A DNA stretch of 64,000 bases from an uncultured Verrucomicrobiae bacterium (GCA_963835625.1 CAWIGO010000011.1:2174-66173), one strand, 5' to 3'. Positions 46,382-55,520 are shown, numbered from the stretch's first letter. Program-made: numbers and translations. The notes: generated by a model from the letters alone, not told the origin.

Positions 46382-47590
46382 TTAATTTCCCTGAACCGAA
46401 AGTGGCGACGCGGAAGCATTGTCGCCGGTTGGATTAAAAAGGACTGGTTTTACCACCATCCCTGGTTGAACTTTTTGCAAACCTTCGACGATGACGCGGT
46501 CCCCCGCTTTCAGCCCTTCTGTGACGACCCATTTGTTCCCTACGGCCGAGCCGATTTTAATCAATCTGGATTCCACCTTGCCGTCTGCCCCCACCACCAT
46601 CGCGGTGGTAATGCTGTTCGCGCCGACGTTGACGCCGCGCTGGAGAACGGTGATGGCCTTGGTGTCAACCGCCTGTTCCAGCACTCCCCGCGCAAACATC
46701 CCCGGCAGTAGCAAATGGTCGGGATTGGGAAATTCCGCGCGCAATGTGATCATCCCGCTGCTGGGGTCCACCGTGACGTCGGAAAACAACAGTTTGCCGG
46801 GATGCTGGTAAGTCGTCCCGTCATCCAGCAACAACGTCACCTTCGCTTCGCCGGGCGCGACGCTGTTGAGCGTGCCGCTGTCCAGTTCACGCTGCAGACG
46901 CAGCACTTCTGTGCTTGATTCGGTGAAATCGCAATAAATCGGGTCCAATTGCTGGACCACGGCCATTTCGGTCGCGGCACTTTGGCTGACCAACGCGCCT
47001 TCAGTGACCAGCGCCGCGCCGATTTTTCCAGAAATCGGCGCGGTGACGGTGCAATAACCGAAATTGACCGCGGCGATTTCTTGCGCGGCTTTGGCCTGGG
47101 CCGCCGCTGACACGGCATTGTCGTAATCCTGTTTGCTCACAGCATTGATGTCCACCAGCGGTTTGTAACGTTCCACCAGCTGTTGCGCCTGCATCAGACT
47201 GGCGTTCGCGCTGTCGAGCGCGGCTTTGTATGGCGCGGGATCAATCTCGTAAAGGACTTCACCGTTTGTGACGTCGGCGCCTTCGCGAAAATTCCGATGC
47301 AACACGATGCCGTCCACGCGCGCCCGCACCTGCGCCACACGTACCGGGTCAATCCGCCCCGGCAATTCCGTCGTCAAAGCCACGGACTCCGGCGCGATGG
47401 TAACCACGCCGACCTCTGGCGGTGGCATAACGCCATTTTGCGCTTGCTGGCGGCCGCAACCGGCCAGCGCCAGCAGTGCTAGTGAAGTTGCGGCACCCCA
47501 AATCAATGTTGCACCCGGTCGCCGGGTATGGTCTTGTCGTTTGATCAAATTCATATTCATCCTTTTTTCGCAAATTTGTTTTCGCGCCAC
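46382..47590 (-). CDS. RND efflux periplasmic adaptor subunit (AcrA/MexA-like), lipoprotein
   Basis: Lipobox LALAGC plus lipoyl, hairpin and beta-barrel pattern. An internal Met near 47560 is an alternative start. Confidence 0.9.
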   Translation of the reverse strand: MARKQICEKRMNMNLIKRQDHTRRPGATLIWGAATSLALLALAGCGRQQAQNGVMPPPEVGVVTIAPESVALTTELPGRIDPVRVAQVRARVDGIVLHRNFREGADVTNGEVLYEIDPAPYKAALDSANASLMQAQQLVERYKPLVDINAVSKQDYDNAVSAAAQAKAAQEIAAVNFGYCTVTAPISGKIGAALVTEGALVSQSAATEMAVVQQLDPIYCDFTESSTEVLRLQRELDSGTLNSVAPGEAKVTLLLDDGTTYQHPGKLLFSDVTVDPSSGMITLRAEFPNPDHLLLPGMFARGVLEQAVDTKAITVLQRGVNVGANSITTAMVVGADGKVESRLIKIGSAVGNKWVVTEGLKAGDRVIVEGLQKVQPGMVVKPVLFNPTGDNASASPLSVQGN

Positions 47591-47599
47591 CTGTTCGCG

Positions 47600-48280
47600 T
47601 TAATGTGATGCCGGAACGCGCAATCCAGCCGCCGCGAAGGCGATCAGGCGCTGAATCAATTCCTCCGCGTTCAAGCGTTTGTGCATGCCGGTCGGCATCA
47701 AACTTGGTTTGCCGCAAATCAGCAAGGCATGATGCATCGCGCCGCCGATGAAACTGATTCGCCAGAACAATTCCTGTTCGGGAAGCCGGGGCAGCGCCCG
47801 CAAAATCGCCGCGTTGAACCGCCGAATCGTCGTTTCAAAATGCCTGTGGATGAGGTGTTCGACTGCTGCGCTCGGCTCGCTGAGGCAGCGTCCGAAAAGT
47901 TGCATGAACGCCTTGTTCCCGTGGGCGCAGACGAAGGACTGTTCCACCGCCGGGCGAAACAGCGCCTCCAGAATGACCTCCAGCCGGGCGGGCTTGCCGC
48001 CGGCCTTCCGTTCCACTTCATCCAGCAAAGCCAGCCGCTCCTGGCTCAACGGCGTCAACCGTCGGCTGAAAATCTCGGCCACCAGTTCCTGCTTGGTGCC
48101 GAAATGATAATTGATGGCCGCCAGATTTGCCTTGGCGGCGCGGGTAATGTCACGAATGGAAACCGCCTCAATGCCGCGCTCGGCGAACAACCGTTCCGCC
48201 GCGTCCAGCACCCGCCCCCGCGTTTCCGCCGCGGGCAAACGATGGGGAGGCGGTTTTGATTTTACCGATGTTGGCCTCAT
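47600..48280 (-). CDS. TetR/AcrR family transcriptional regulator
   Basis: N-terminal HTH (RVLDAAERLFAERGIEAVSIRDITRAAKANLAAINYHFGTKQEL). First gene of the efflux cluster. Confidence 0.9.
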   Translation of the reverse strand: MRPTSVKSKPPPHRLPAAETRGRVLDAAERLFAERGIEAVSIRDITRAAKANLAAINYHFGTKQELVAEIFSRRLTPLSQERLALLDEVERKAGGKPARLEVILEALFRPAVEQSFVCAHGNKAFMQLFGRCLSEPSAAVEHLIHRHFETTIRRFNAAILRALPRLPEQELFWRISFIGGAMHHALLICGKPSLMPTGMHKRLNAEELIQRLIAFAAAGLRVPASH

Positions 48281-48283
48281 GGT

Positions 48284-48299
48284 TCAAACATACGTTTGA
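48284..48299. promoter_or_regulatory. Candidate TetR operator: palindrome TCAAAC-ATAC-GTTTGA
   Basis: 6-bp arms, 4-19 nt upstream of the tetR start codon. Weak evidence on its own. Confidence 0.25.
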
Positions 48300-48375
48300 T
48301 TCATTTCCCATGCAATCTTTTTTTGACGTTTCCATTCACCGACCGGCCAAAGGTGAAACCGTGCGAGAATCAGGC

Positions 48376-49884
48376 TTAAATTAGCCGCGCTTTGCCGTGT
48401 CGCCGCTGCACTTTGGAATGACGGCAGCCGTAGGTGAAATAGATGGCCAGTCCGATGGCCATCCAAACGATGAGCCGCGCCCACGTGTCAGCGGGCAGTC
48501 CATACATCAAATAGCCGCAAAAAATCACGCCTAGAGGTGCAACCAGCCAAAAAACCGGCGTGCGGAATGATCGGGGGATTTGTGAATCGGTGAATCGCAG
48601 CACGAACACACCGGCGCAGACGATGGCGAACGCGAGGAGCGTGCCGATGGACACGAGTTCGCCCAGAAGGCCGATGGGGAACAAACCCGCCACCAGCATG
48701 GCAGTCACGCCGGTGAGAATCTGGGCGATCCAAGGTGTGCGGAACCTAGGATGCACCGCGCTGAACACCGGCGGCAGCAACCCGTCCTTCGACATTGTGT
48801 AAAAAATCCGCGGCTGGCCGAGCATCATCACCAGGATCACGGACGAAAGACCCGCAATCGCGCCAATCTTGATGATGGGCCGCAACCAGGCCACCGACGG
48901 CCCAAGTGAATTGATTGCCACAGCGATCGGGGCCGGATCATTGAGTTTGGTGTAGGACACAATGCCCGTTAAAACGAGCGCCACGGCGATATAAAGGACG
49001 GTGCAAAGCGCCAATGAAGCCAGGATACCAATGGGCATGTCGCGCTGGGGATTTTTAGCCTCCTGCGCGGCCGTGGACACGGCATCGAAACCGATATAGG
49101 CAAAAAAGATCACACCCGCCCCGCGCACCACGCCGCTCCAGCCGAATTCACCGGGGCCGAGTGACGGCGGCACGAACGGATGCCAGTTATTCCGGTTGAT
49201 GTAGGCAATCCCAACGGCAATAAACGTCAAAATCACCGACATTTTTATCGCCACGATGACGTTGTTGAACATGGCGGATTCCTTGATGCCGAGGACGAGC
49301 AAAAACGTGATAAACCCGACGACCAACATGGCCGGGACATTCAGCACAGCGCCGCTGCTGACCCAGCCTTCTGTGAAAAGCCGCCAGATGTTCCATCCCG
49401 CATCGGGCGGGGTCACATGATTGTAAGGCGCGGAAGTGAAGGCGGATGGAATGGTGATCCCAAGCTCCTTGAGAAATGACACCACATATCCCGACCAACC
49501 GACCGCGACTGTGGAAGCGGCAAACAAATATTCGAGGATTAAATCCCAGCCGATGATCCATGCGACAAATTCGCCCAGCGTCGCGTAGCCATAGGTGTAG
49601 GCTGACCCGGAAATCGGGATCATGGCCGAAAACTCGGCGTAACACAGTCCGGCGAACGCGCAAGCAAGCCCAGCCAGCACAAAGGAAAAAACAATGGCCG
49701 GACCCGCGTATTTTGCGGCTGCCTGGCCGGTGAGGACAAAGATGCCCGCGCCGATGATGGCGCCGATTCCCAACGCGGTCAGATTCACCGGCCCCAGGGC
49801 CCGTTTAAGGCTTTTGTCCGTCAGCACTTCAGCCTGTAGGTCAGCGACACTTCTTCGGCGGAGCAAATTACGAAACAAATTCAT
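48376..49884 (-). CDS. APC superfamily amino acid permease (cationic amino-acid transporter-like)
   Basis: 502-aa polytopic protein with N-terminal LKRALGPVNLTALGIGAIIGAGIFVLTG. Confidence 0.88.
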   Translation of the reverse strand: MNLFRNLLRRRSVADLQAEVLTDKSLKRALGPVNLTALGIGAIIGAGIFVLTGQAAAKYAGPAIVFSFVLAGLACAFAGLCYAEFSAMIPISGSAYTYGYATLGEFVAWIIGWDLILEYLFAASTVAVGWSGYVVSFLKELGITIPSAFTSAPYNHVTPPDAGWNIWRLFTEGWVSSGAVLNVPAMLVVGFITFLLVLGIKESAMFNNVIVAIKMSVILTFIAVGIAYINRNNWHPFVPPSLGPGEFGWSGVVRGAGVIFFAYIGFDAVSTAAQEAKNPQRDMPIGILASLALCTVLYIAVALVLTGIVSYTKLNDPAPIAVAINSLGPSVAWLRPIIKIGAIAGLSSVILVMMLGQPRIFYTMSKDGLLPPVFSAVHPRFRTPWIAQILTGVTAMLVAGLFPIGLLGELVSIGTLLAFAIVCAGVFVLRFTDSQIPRSFRTPVFWLVAPLGVIFCGYLMYGLPADTWARLIVWMAIGLAIYFTYGCRHSKVQRRHGKARLI

Positions 49885-49997
49885 TCAGGGATTCCCGACT
49901 TGTTTTGGGACTGTTTAATGAAGCGCTGGACATTGGAAGTCAAGTTCGTGTCACGGGTTTTCACGTCGTTATCATTAAAAACTGCACAATTGCCTTA

Positions 49998-50025
49998 TTG
50001 ACTTCGTCCCTCCGTCTGATAAATT
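49998..50025 (+). promoter_or_regulatory. Sigma-70-like promoter for rplM-rpsI (TTGACT, 16 nt, TAAATT)
   Basis: Hexamers read directly about 25-50 nt upstream of rplM. Confidence 0.35.
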
Positions 50026-50050
50026 CCGCGTTCCTTTGCTCGGTTTTTGA

Positions 50051-50485
50051 ATGAAAACGCATTTGCCCAAAGTGAATTTGGACGGGCGCAAGTGGCACGT
50101 GATAGATGCCGACGGTGCCGTGCTCGGCCGGCTGGCCGTGCAGGTGGCCGATGTTTTGCGTGGCAAAAACAAGCCCGTCTTCACGCCGCACCTCGATGCT
50201 GGTGATTTTGTCATTGTCATCAATGCCGAAAAAGTCCGTCTCACCGGCAAGAAGGAAACCGCCAAGGAATACATGAGCTATTCCGGCTGGAAAGGCGGCG
50301 AGAAATACACCTCGGTCGCCCAGGTCCGCGCGAAACACCCGGAAAAACTCATCATGCACGCTGTCAAAGGCATGATTCCCAAAAACCGGCTCGGCAGCCA
50401 GTTGCTGACCAAGCTGAAGGTTTTCAAAGGCCCGAAACACCTGCATGAGGCGCAAAAACCTGAACCGCTCAAGGTCGTGGCCTGA
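50051..50485 (+). CDS. rplM: 50S ribosomal protein L13
   Basis: 144 aa with KWHVIDA...GRLA...LRGK pattern. Confidence 0.97.
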   Translation: MKTHLPKVNLDGRKWHVIDADGAVLGRLAVQVADVLRGKNKPVFTPHLDAGDFVIVINAEKVRLTGKKETAKEYMSYSGWKGGEKYTSVAQVRAKHPEKLIMHAVKGMIPKNRLGSQLLTKLKVFKGPKHLHEAQKPEPLKVVA

Positions 50486-50489
50486 TTAT

Positions 50490-50510
50490 CTCAACTCTCA
50501 ACCCTCAACT
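50490..50510. repeat. Heptanucleotide tandem array (CTCAACY)x3 in the rplM-rpsI spacer
   Basis: CTCAACT CTCAACC CTCAACT. Same unit as the array inside rsmB. Confidence 0.8.
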
Positions 50511-50515
50511 GACAG

Positions 50516-50917
50516 ATGGCTGAAACCAAAACCAATGAATTTCTCGGCACGGGACGGCGCAAGACCGCCATCGCGCGCGTCCGTCTGGCCTCCGGCAACG
50601 GCAAAATCACCGTCAACGGACGTCCGTTTGAAAATTATTTCGCGCTGGAGACGTTGCGCGCAACCGTGACACAACCGTTGAGCGCCACCGGCACTGCGGA
50701 AAAATTTGACGTGAGCATTAATGTCACCGGCGGCGGACCCAACGGCCAGGCCGGCGCCGTAAGGCACGGCATCGCCCGCGCGCTGATTGTGGCCGATGCC
50801 AGCCTGCGTCCTGCGCTCAAGGCCGAGGGTCTGCTGACACGCGATCCGCGCATGCGTGAACGCGAGAAATACGGCCAGCCGGGCGCGCGCAAACGCTTCC
50901 AATACTCGAAGCGTTAA
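50516..50917 (+). CDS. rpsI: 30S ribosomal protein S9
   Basis: 133 aa with [19 protein letters not shown] and a C-terminal KRFQYSKR tail. Confidence 0.97.
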   Translation: MAETKTNEFLGTGRRKTAIARVRLASGNGKITVNGRPFENYFALETLRATVTQPLSATGTAEKFDVSINVTGGGPNGQAGAVRHGIARALIVADASLRPALKAEGLLTRDPRMREREKYGQPGARKRFQYSKR

Positions 50918-50937
50918 TCGCACTGGAAATTTCCAAG

Positions 50938-50970
50938 CCCCGCTGGCAAAACCGGCGGGGTTTTTTGTTT
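50938..50970 (+). terminator. Rho-independent terminator after rpsI
   Basis: CCCCGCTGG-CAAAA-CCGGCGGGG followed by TTTTTTGTTT. Confidence 0.8.
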
Positions 50971-51020
50971 GAAAATTTTTCTCTGCGTTTTCGCGTTTTT
51001 GCGTTAAATAGAAAGGCAGC

Positions 51021-52061
51021 ATGAAATCAAAGAAAGTCGCCATCATCGGCGCCTCCGGTTACTCCGGCGAGGAACTCGTCCGGTTGTTGCTGCACCATCC
51101 TCATGTGGAGCTGGTGGCCGTGACCTCGCGCCAAAGTGCCGGGCAAACGCTGGCGCAGATTTTCCCGAGGTTTGCCAGCCATCCGAAATCAAAGACGCTC
51201 CGGTTTACAGAGCCGGACGCCGAACGGCTCGCGAAGCAAGCCGATGTGGTGTTTCTCGCGTTGCCGCATGGCGTTGCGGCCGAATACGCCGTGCCGCTGC
51301 TCAATGCCGGCTGCGTGGTGATTGATTTGAGCGCCGACTTCCGGCTCAAGAGCGTGGGAATTTACAGGAAATTTTATGCGCATGACCATCCTGCGCCGGA
51401 TTTGCTGAAAAAATCCGTTTACGGCCTGCCGGAAATTTATCGCGGGCAAATCAAACGGGCGTCGCTCGTCGCGTCACCGGGCTGTTACCCGACAGGCATT
51501 TTGCTGCCAGTCATTCCACTGTTGAAGGCTGGCTTGATCAAGCCCACTGGCATCATCGCCGATTCCTTGAGCGGCCTCAGCGGCGCGGGACGGAAAGCCG
51601 AAGTGGATTATCTTTTTTGCGAATGCAACGAAAGCGTCCGGCCTTACGGCGTGCCCAAGCACCGGCATTTGTCGGAAATCGAGGAACAACTTTCACTCGC
51701 CGCCGGAATCAAAGTCACCATCCAGTTCACGCCGCATTTGATTCCGGTGAATCGCGGCATTTTGACGACGCTTTATCTCGCGCCTGTGGAAAAGTCCATT
51801 GACGCGGGGAAAATTTCCGCATGTTACCAAAAGGTTTACGGCAATGAACCGTTTGTTCGTTTGCTGGACGGTGACAATTTGCCCGACACCAAAAATGTCG
51901 TTGGCACCAACGTCATCGAAATCGCGTGGCGGCTCGACCCGCGCACGGGTCGGCTCATCGTGATGAGTGCCGAGGACAATCTGGTCAAAGGCGCGGGCGG
52001 CCAGGCCGTGCAAAGTATGAATATTCTTTGCGGTTTTCCCGAAACGGCGGGATTGGTTTGA
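51021..52061 (+). CDS. argC: N-acetyl-gamma-glutamyl-phosphate reductase
   Basis: 346 aa with IIGASGYSGEEL and the catalytic region ASPGCYPT. Confidence 0.95.
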   Translation: MKSKKVAIIGASGYSGEELVRLLLHHPHVELVAVTSRQSAGQTLAQIFPRFASHPKSKTLRFTEPDAERLAKQADVVFLALPHGVAAEYAVPLLNAGCVVIDLSADFRLKSVGIYRKFYAHDHPAPDLLKKSVYGLPEIYRGQIKRASLVASPGCYPTGILLPVIPLLKAGLIKPTGIIADSLSGLSGAGRKAEVDYLFCECNESVRPYGVPKHRHLSEIEEQLSLAAGIKVTIQFTPHLIPVNRGILTTLYLAPVEKSIDAGKISACYQKVYGNEPFVRLLDGDNLPDTKNVVGTNVIEIAWRLDPRTGRLIVMSAEDNLVKGAGGQAVQSMNILCGFPETAGLV

Positions 52062-52069
52062 GTGTGCAG

Positions 52070-52879
52070 ATGTCCGAACCTGTTTCGCCAACTGCCGAGT
52101 GGAACGCGGCGGATTACGCCGCGAACTCCGTGCTGCAACAATCTTGGGCGCGCGAGTTGATCGCCAAGCTTCAACTCCGCGGCGACGAGCACGTTCTTGA
52201 CGTCGGCTGCGGCGACGGCAAAGTGACCGCCGAAATCGCGCACGCCATTCCGCGCGGCGCGGCGATCGGTATTGACGCCTCGCCGCAAATGATCGAATTC
52301 GCGCGAAGAACTTTTCCGCAGAGCAAATTCCCCAATCTGGAGTTTCACGTCATGGACGCGCGCCAAATCCGTTTTGCCCGGCAATTCGATTTGGTTTTTT
52401 CCAACGCGGCGTTGCATTGGGTGGACGATCATCGGGCATTTCTGCGCGGCGCGGCGACGTGTTTGCGTTCCGGCGGGCGGCTCGTCGTTTCGTGTGGCGG
52501 CAAAGGCAACGCACACGACGTTTTCGTCGTGCTGCGACCGGAAATGCGGCTCAAACGCTGGCGCGAATTTTTCCGGGGAATGGGAAAGCCGTATTTTTTT
52601 TACTCGCCGGAAGACTACGAAAGATGGCTGCCGCGTTTCGGGTTCAAAACGCTCGGCGTCAAGCTGTCGCCGAAGGACGCGGTTTACAATGGCCGCGATG
52701 GTTTCGCCGCGTGGCTGCGGACGACCTGGTTGCCTTACATCCAGCGCGTGCCGGAAAATGCGCGCGAAGAATTCGTCACCGCTGCCACGGACCATTACGT
52801 TGCCAAACATCCACCGGACGATGATGGCCGCGTTCACGTCCGCATGGTGCGGCTGGAAATTGACGCGATAAAAGTTTGA
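52070..52879 (+). CDS. Class I SAM-dependent methyltransferase (trans-aconitate methyltransferase-like)
   Basis: W.AADY...Q N-terminus and SAM motif VLDVGCGDGKVT. Start at ATG 52070, because the ORF extension to 51926 overlaps argC. Confidence 0.8.
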   Translation: MSEPVSPTAEWNAADYAANSVLQQSWARELIAKLQLRGDEHVLDVGCGDGKVTAEIAHAIPRGAAIGIDASPQMIEFARRTFPQSKFPNLEFHVMDARQIRFARQFDLVFSNAALHWVDDHRAFLRGAATCLRSGGRLVVSCGGKGNAHDVFVVLRPEMRLKRWREFFRGMGKPYFFYSPEDYERWLPRFGFKTLGVKLSPKDAVYNGRDGFAAWLRTTWLPYIQRVPENAREEFVTAATDHYVAKHPPDDDGRVHVRMVRLEIDAIKV

Positions 52880-54246
52880 AAAGCGCCGCTGCTTTCCGCA
52901 ATTTGCGCTCCACAGCAAACGTGAGAAAATTGTTCAAAGAAATTTCAGGTTCCATCGTCGCACCGCAAGGCTTTCTCGCCGGCGGTGTATTCTGCGACAT
53001 CAAACGCCTCGGCACGGGCAAAGGCTCGAACAAAGGCCGAAAACGCGACCTCGCGTTGATTGTGTCCGAAGTGCCGGCGGCCGTCGCCGGAATGTTCACA
53101 ACGAATCAAATCTGCGCCGCGCCGGTGAAGGTTTGCGCCGGGCGCGTGAAAAAAGGCGTGGCACAGGCCGTCGTCGTCAATTCCGGCAACGCAAATGCCT
53201 GCACCGGCAAACAAGGATTGAAGGATGCGCGGATGATGACGGACATTGCCGCAAAAGCATTGTGCCTTTCGGTCAAGCACATTCTTGTGGGTTCAACCGG
53301 GCGCATTGGTGTCGCGTTGCCGATGGCAAATGTGAAGCGCGGCATTTTCGAAGCCGCAAAACACCTCGGCCATTCAATCAAACATGCCGGCCATGCCGCG
53401 GAAGCGATTATGACGAGCGACACGCGATCCAAACAAATCGCGGTCGAATTCAAGCTTGATGGCAGGACGGTTCGCATCGGCGGCATTTGCAAGGGCGCGG
53501 GCATGATTCAGCCCGGCATGAGTGCCACCGGCAGGCGTCCCAGTGCGATGCCATTACACGCGACCATGTTGTGTTTCATTACAACCGATGCGGCCGTTGA
53601 AGCAAAAACCTTGCACGCTGCCTTGCGTGAGGCAGTCGCGCGGAGTTTCAATCGCATCACGGTGGACGGCGACATGAGCACGAACGACACCGTGCTGGTG
53701 CTGGCGAACGGACTGGCGGGAAATAAAAAATTCGCAATTCGCAATTCGCAATTCGCAATTTTCCAATCGGCATTGAATCATATTTGTCTTGAACTGGCAA
53801 AGATGATTGTGCGGGATGGCGAAGGTGTGCATCGCGTCGTGACCGTACGCGTCAACGGCGCGAAAAATTTTGCCGATGCCGATGCCGCCGCCCGCGCCGT
53901 GGCCAACAGCGCGCTGGTCAAGACCAGCTGGCATGGCGGCGACCCGAATTGGGGCCGCATCATTGACGCCATCGGTTACAGCGCAGCCACGATTGTCGAG
54001 GAGAAGGTGGATATTGGTTACAGCAAGCCCGCCAGCTGGAATATTTTGTGGAGTCTCAAACGCGGCCAGCCGACCAAGGCGACATTCAAGCAGCTTTGCG
54101 CCGCTGTTGCCCCAAAGGAATTTGATTTGCACATTGGTTTAAATCTCGGCAAAGCCGGTGCGGTGATTTACGCGGCGGATTTGACGGAAGCCTACGTGGA
54201 TTTCAACAAGGGCGATGTGGGCGATCCGGGTTCGCTGGGCGGTTGA
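52876..54246 (+). CDS. argJ: Bifunctional ornithine acetyltransferase / N-acetylglutamate synthase ArgJ
   Basis: APQGFLAGGV, autocleavage region HATMLCFITTDA, DGDMSTNDT. TTG at 52876 overlaps the upstream stop; GTG at 52921 is an alternative start. Confidence 0.92.
   Translation: MKSAAAFRNLRSTANVRKLFKEISGSIVAPQGFLAGGVFCDIKRLGTGKGSNKGRKRDLALIVSEVPAAVAGMFTTNQICAAPVKVCAGRVKKGVAQAVVVNSGNANACTGKQGLKDARMMTDIAAKALCLSVKHILVGSTGRIGVALPMANVKRGIFEAAKHLGHSIKHAGHAAEAIMTSDTRSKQIAVEFKLDGRTVRIGGICKGAGMIQPGMSATGRRPSAMPLHATMLCFITTDAAVEAKTLHAALREAVARSFNRITVDGDMSTNDTVLVLANGLAGNKKFAIRNSQFAIFQSALNHICLELAKMIVRDGEGVHRVVTVRVNGAKNFADADAAARAVANSALVKTSWHGGDPNWGRIIDAIGYSAATIVEEKVDIGYSKPASWNILWSLKRGQPTKATFKQLCAAVAPKEFDLHIGLNLGKAGAVIYAADLTEAYVDFNKGDVGDPGSLGG
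53729..53756. repeat. Perfect heptanucleotide tandem array (AATTCGC)x4 inside argJ
   Basis: AATTCGC x4 followed by a degenerate AATTTTC unit. Encodes KFAIRNSQFAIF in a variable surface linker. Confidence 0.9.
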
Positions 54247-54295
54247 ACCACCAGGGAAATTTGGGGCTCGTGGAACTCGCCCCTCCGATATTGAA

Positions 54296-54337
54296 ACAAA
54301 AAAGCCGCTGGATTGCTCCAGCGGCTTTTAATTTTTT
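54296..54337. terminator. Bidirectional rho-independent terminator between convergent argJ and ilvC
   Basis: AAAAAA-AGCCGCTGGA-TTGC-TCCAGCGGCT-TTTAATTTTTT, with A-run and T-run on either side. Confidence 0.8.
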
Positions 54338-54346
54338 GCGCCGACT

Positions 54347-55447
54347 TCAGTTTGCCATGCGTCCGGAGACGCCCTTGGTGCCTTTGGCGATGACCTTGTC
54401 AGATTGCTTTGGACGCAACGCGCGGGAAGCAGCGCCGGCGCGCCACATTTCGGAATTGTGGATTTCGCCCAATTCCTTCTGCAACTGCACCTGGTAGTTT
54501 GGCGCTCCGCAGGCGGAGAGCACGCGGGCACATTCCTTGCCGGTTCGGACGCGTTCATACAGCGCCTTGAACACCGGCAGCACGGCCTTTTTGAATTTAG
54601 GCTTCCAGTCCAAGGCGCCGCGCTGGGCGGTCGCCGAGCAGTTGGAATACATCCAGTCCATGCCGTTCTCGTCCACGAGGCGGATGAGCGACTGCGTGAG
54701 TTCCTCGACGGTCTCGTTGAACGCTTCGCTCGGCGAATGGCCGTGGGCGCGGAGCACGTCGTATTGCGCCTCCATGATGCCGGCCAGCGCGCCCATCAAT
54801 ACACCACGTTCGCCTGTCAGGTCGCTGAATACTTCGTGCTGGAAGGTGGTCGGAAACAAATAGCCGGAACCGATGCCAACGCCAACAGCCAGACACCGGT
54901 CCTTGGCATGGCCAGTGGCATCTTGTTCAACGGCGAAACTCGAATTGATGCCCGCGCCGGTGAGAAAATTGCGCCGGACATTCAGGCCGGAGCCTTTGGG
55001 CGCCACCATGATCACATCCACGTTCTTCGGCGGAATCACGCCGGTTTGCTTCCGGTAGGCGATGGAAAAGCCGTGCGAGAAATAGAGCGCAGCACCGGGC
55101 TTCAAATTCCGCTTTACGCTCGGCCAGATGGCGCGTTGCGCGGCGTCCGAGACCAGCATTTGAATGATCGTGCCGCGGCGCACGGCCTCTTCAATGTCGA
55201 AAAGCGTCTTGCCGGGTTTCCAGCCGTCCTTCACGGCGCGGTCCCAGTCGCGCTTGAACTGCGGCGCCTGGCCGATGATGACCTTGAAACCGTTGTCGCG
55301 CAGGTTGAGCGATTGCGCCGGTCCCTGCACGCCGTAGCCGATGATGGCGATAGTTTCGTTTTTCAACACCCGACGGGCCTTGGCCATCGGAAATTCCTTG
55401 CGTGTGACAACTGTTTCAAGTGTGCCGCCAAAATTGATTTTTGCCAT
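54347..55447 (-). CDS. ilvC: Ketol-acid reductoisomerase (class I)
   Basis: IIGYGVQGPAQSLNLRDNG Rossmann motif. 366 aa with a short C-terminal extension. Confidence 0.95.
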   Translation of the reverse strand: MAKINFGGTLETVVTRKEFPMAKARRVLKNETIAIIGYGVQGPAQSLNLRDNGFKVIIGQAPQFKRDWDRAVKDGWKPGKTLFDIEEAVRRGTIIQMLVSDAAQRAIWPSVKRNLKPGAALYFSHGFSIAYRKQTGVIPPKNVDVIMVAPKGSGLNVRRNFLTGAGINSSFAVEQDATGHAKDRCLAVGVGIGSGYLFPTTFQHEVFSDLTGERGVLMGALAGIMEAQYDVLRAHGHSPSEAFNETVEELTQSLIRLVDENGMDWMYSNCSATAQRGALDWKPKFKKAVLPVFKALYERVRTGKECARVLSACGAPNYQVQLQKELGEIHNSEMWRAGAASRALRPKQSDKVIAKGTKGVSGRMAN

Positions 55448-55488
55448 GGTATCGTATCCTGTGAAATTGAACGTTGAATGTTTGCTTA

Positions 55489-55520
55489 ACTTGAAACTGA
55501 AAACTTGATACTTGAAACTA
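55489..55520. repeat. Heptamer-periodic array ACTTGAA ACTGAAA ACTTGAT ACTTGAA in the ilvN-ilvC spacer
   Basis: Read directly. The last unit overlaps the ilvN stop codon. Confidence 0.7.

Noticed and set aside
53729-53756. Considered whether the short tandem arrays could be a CRISPR array or minisatellite-type contingency locus
   Set aside because: Units are 7 nt with no spacers, so this is not CRISPR. They lie in housekeeping genes rather than surface or restriction genes, so classical phase variation is unlikely, although slippage remains testable.
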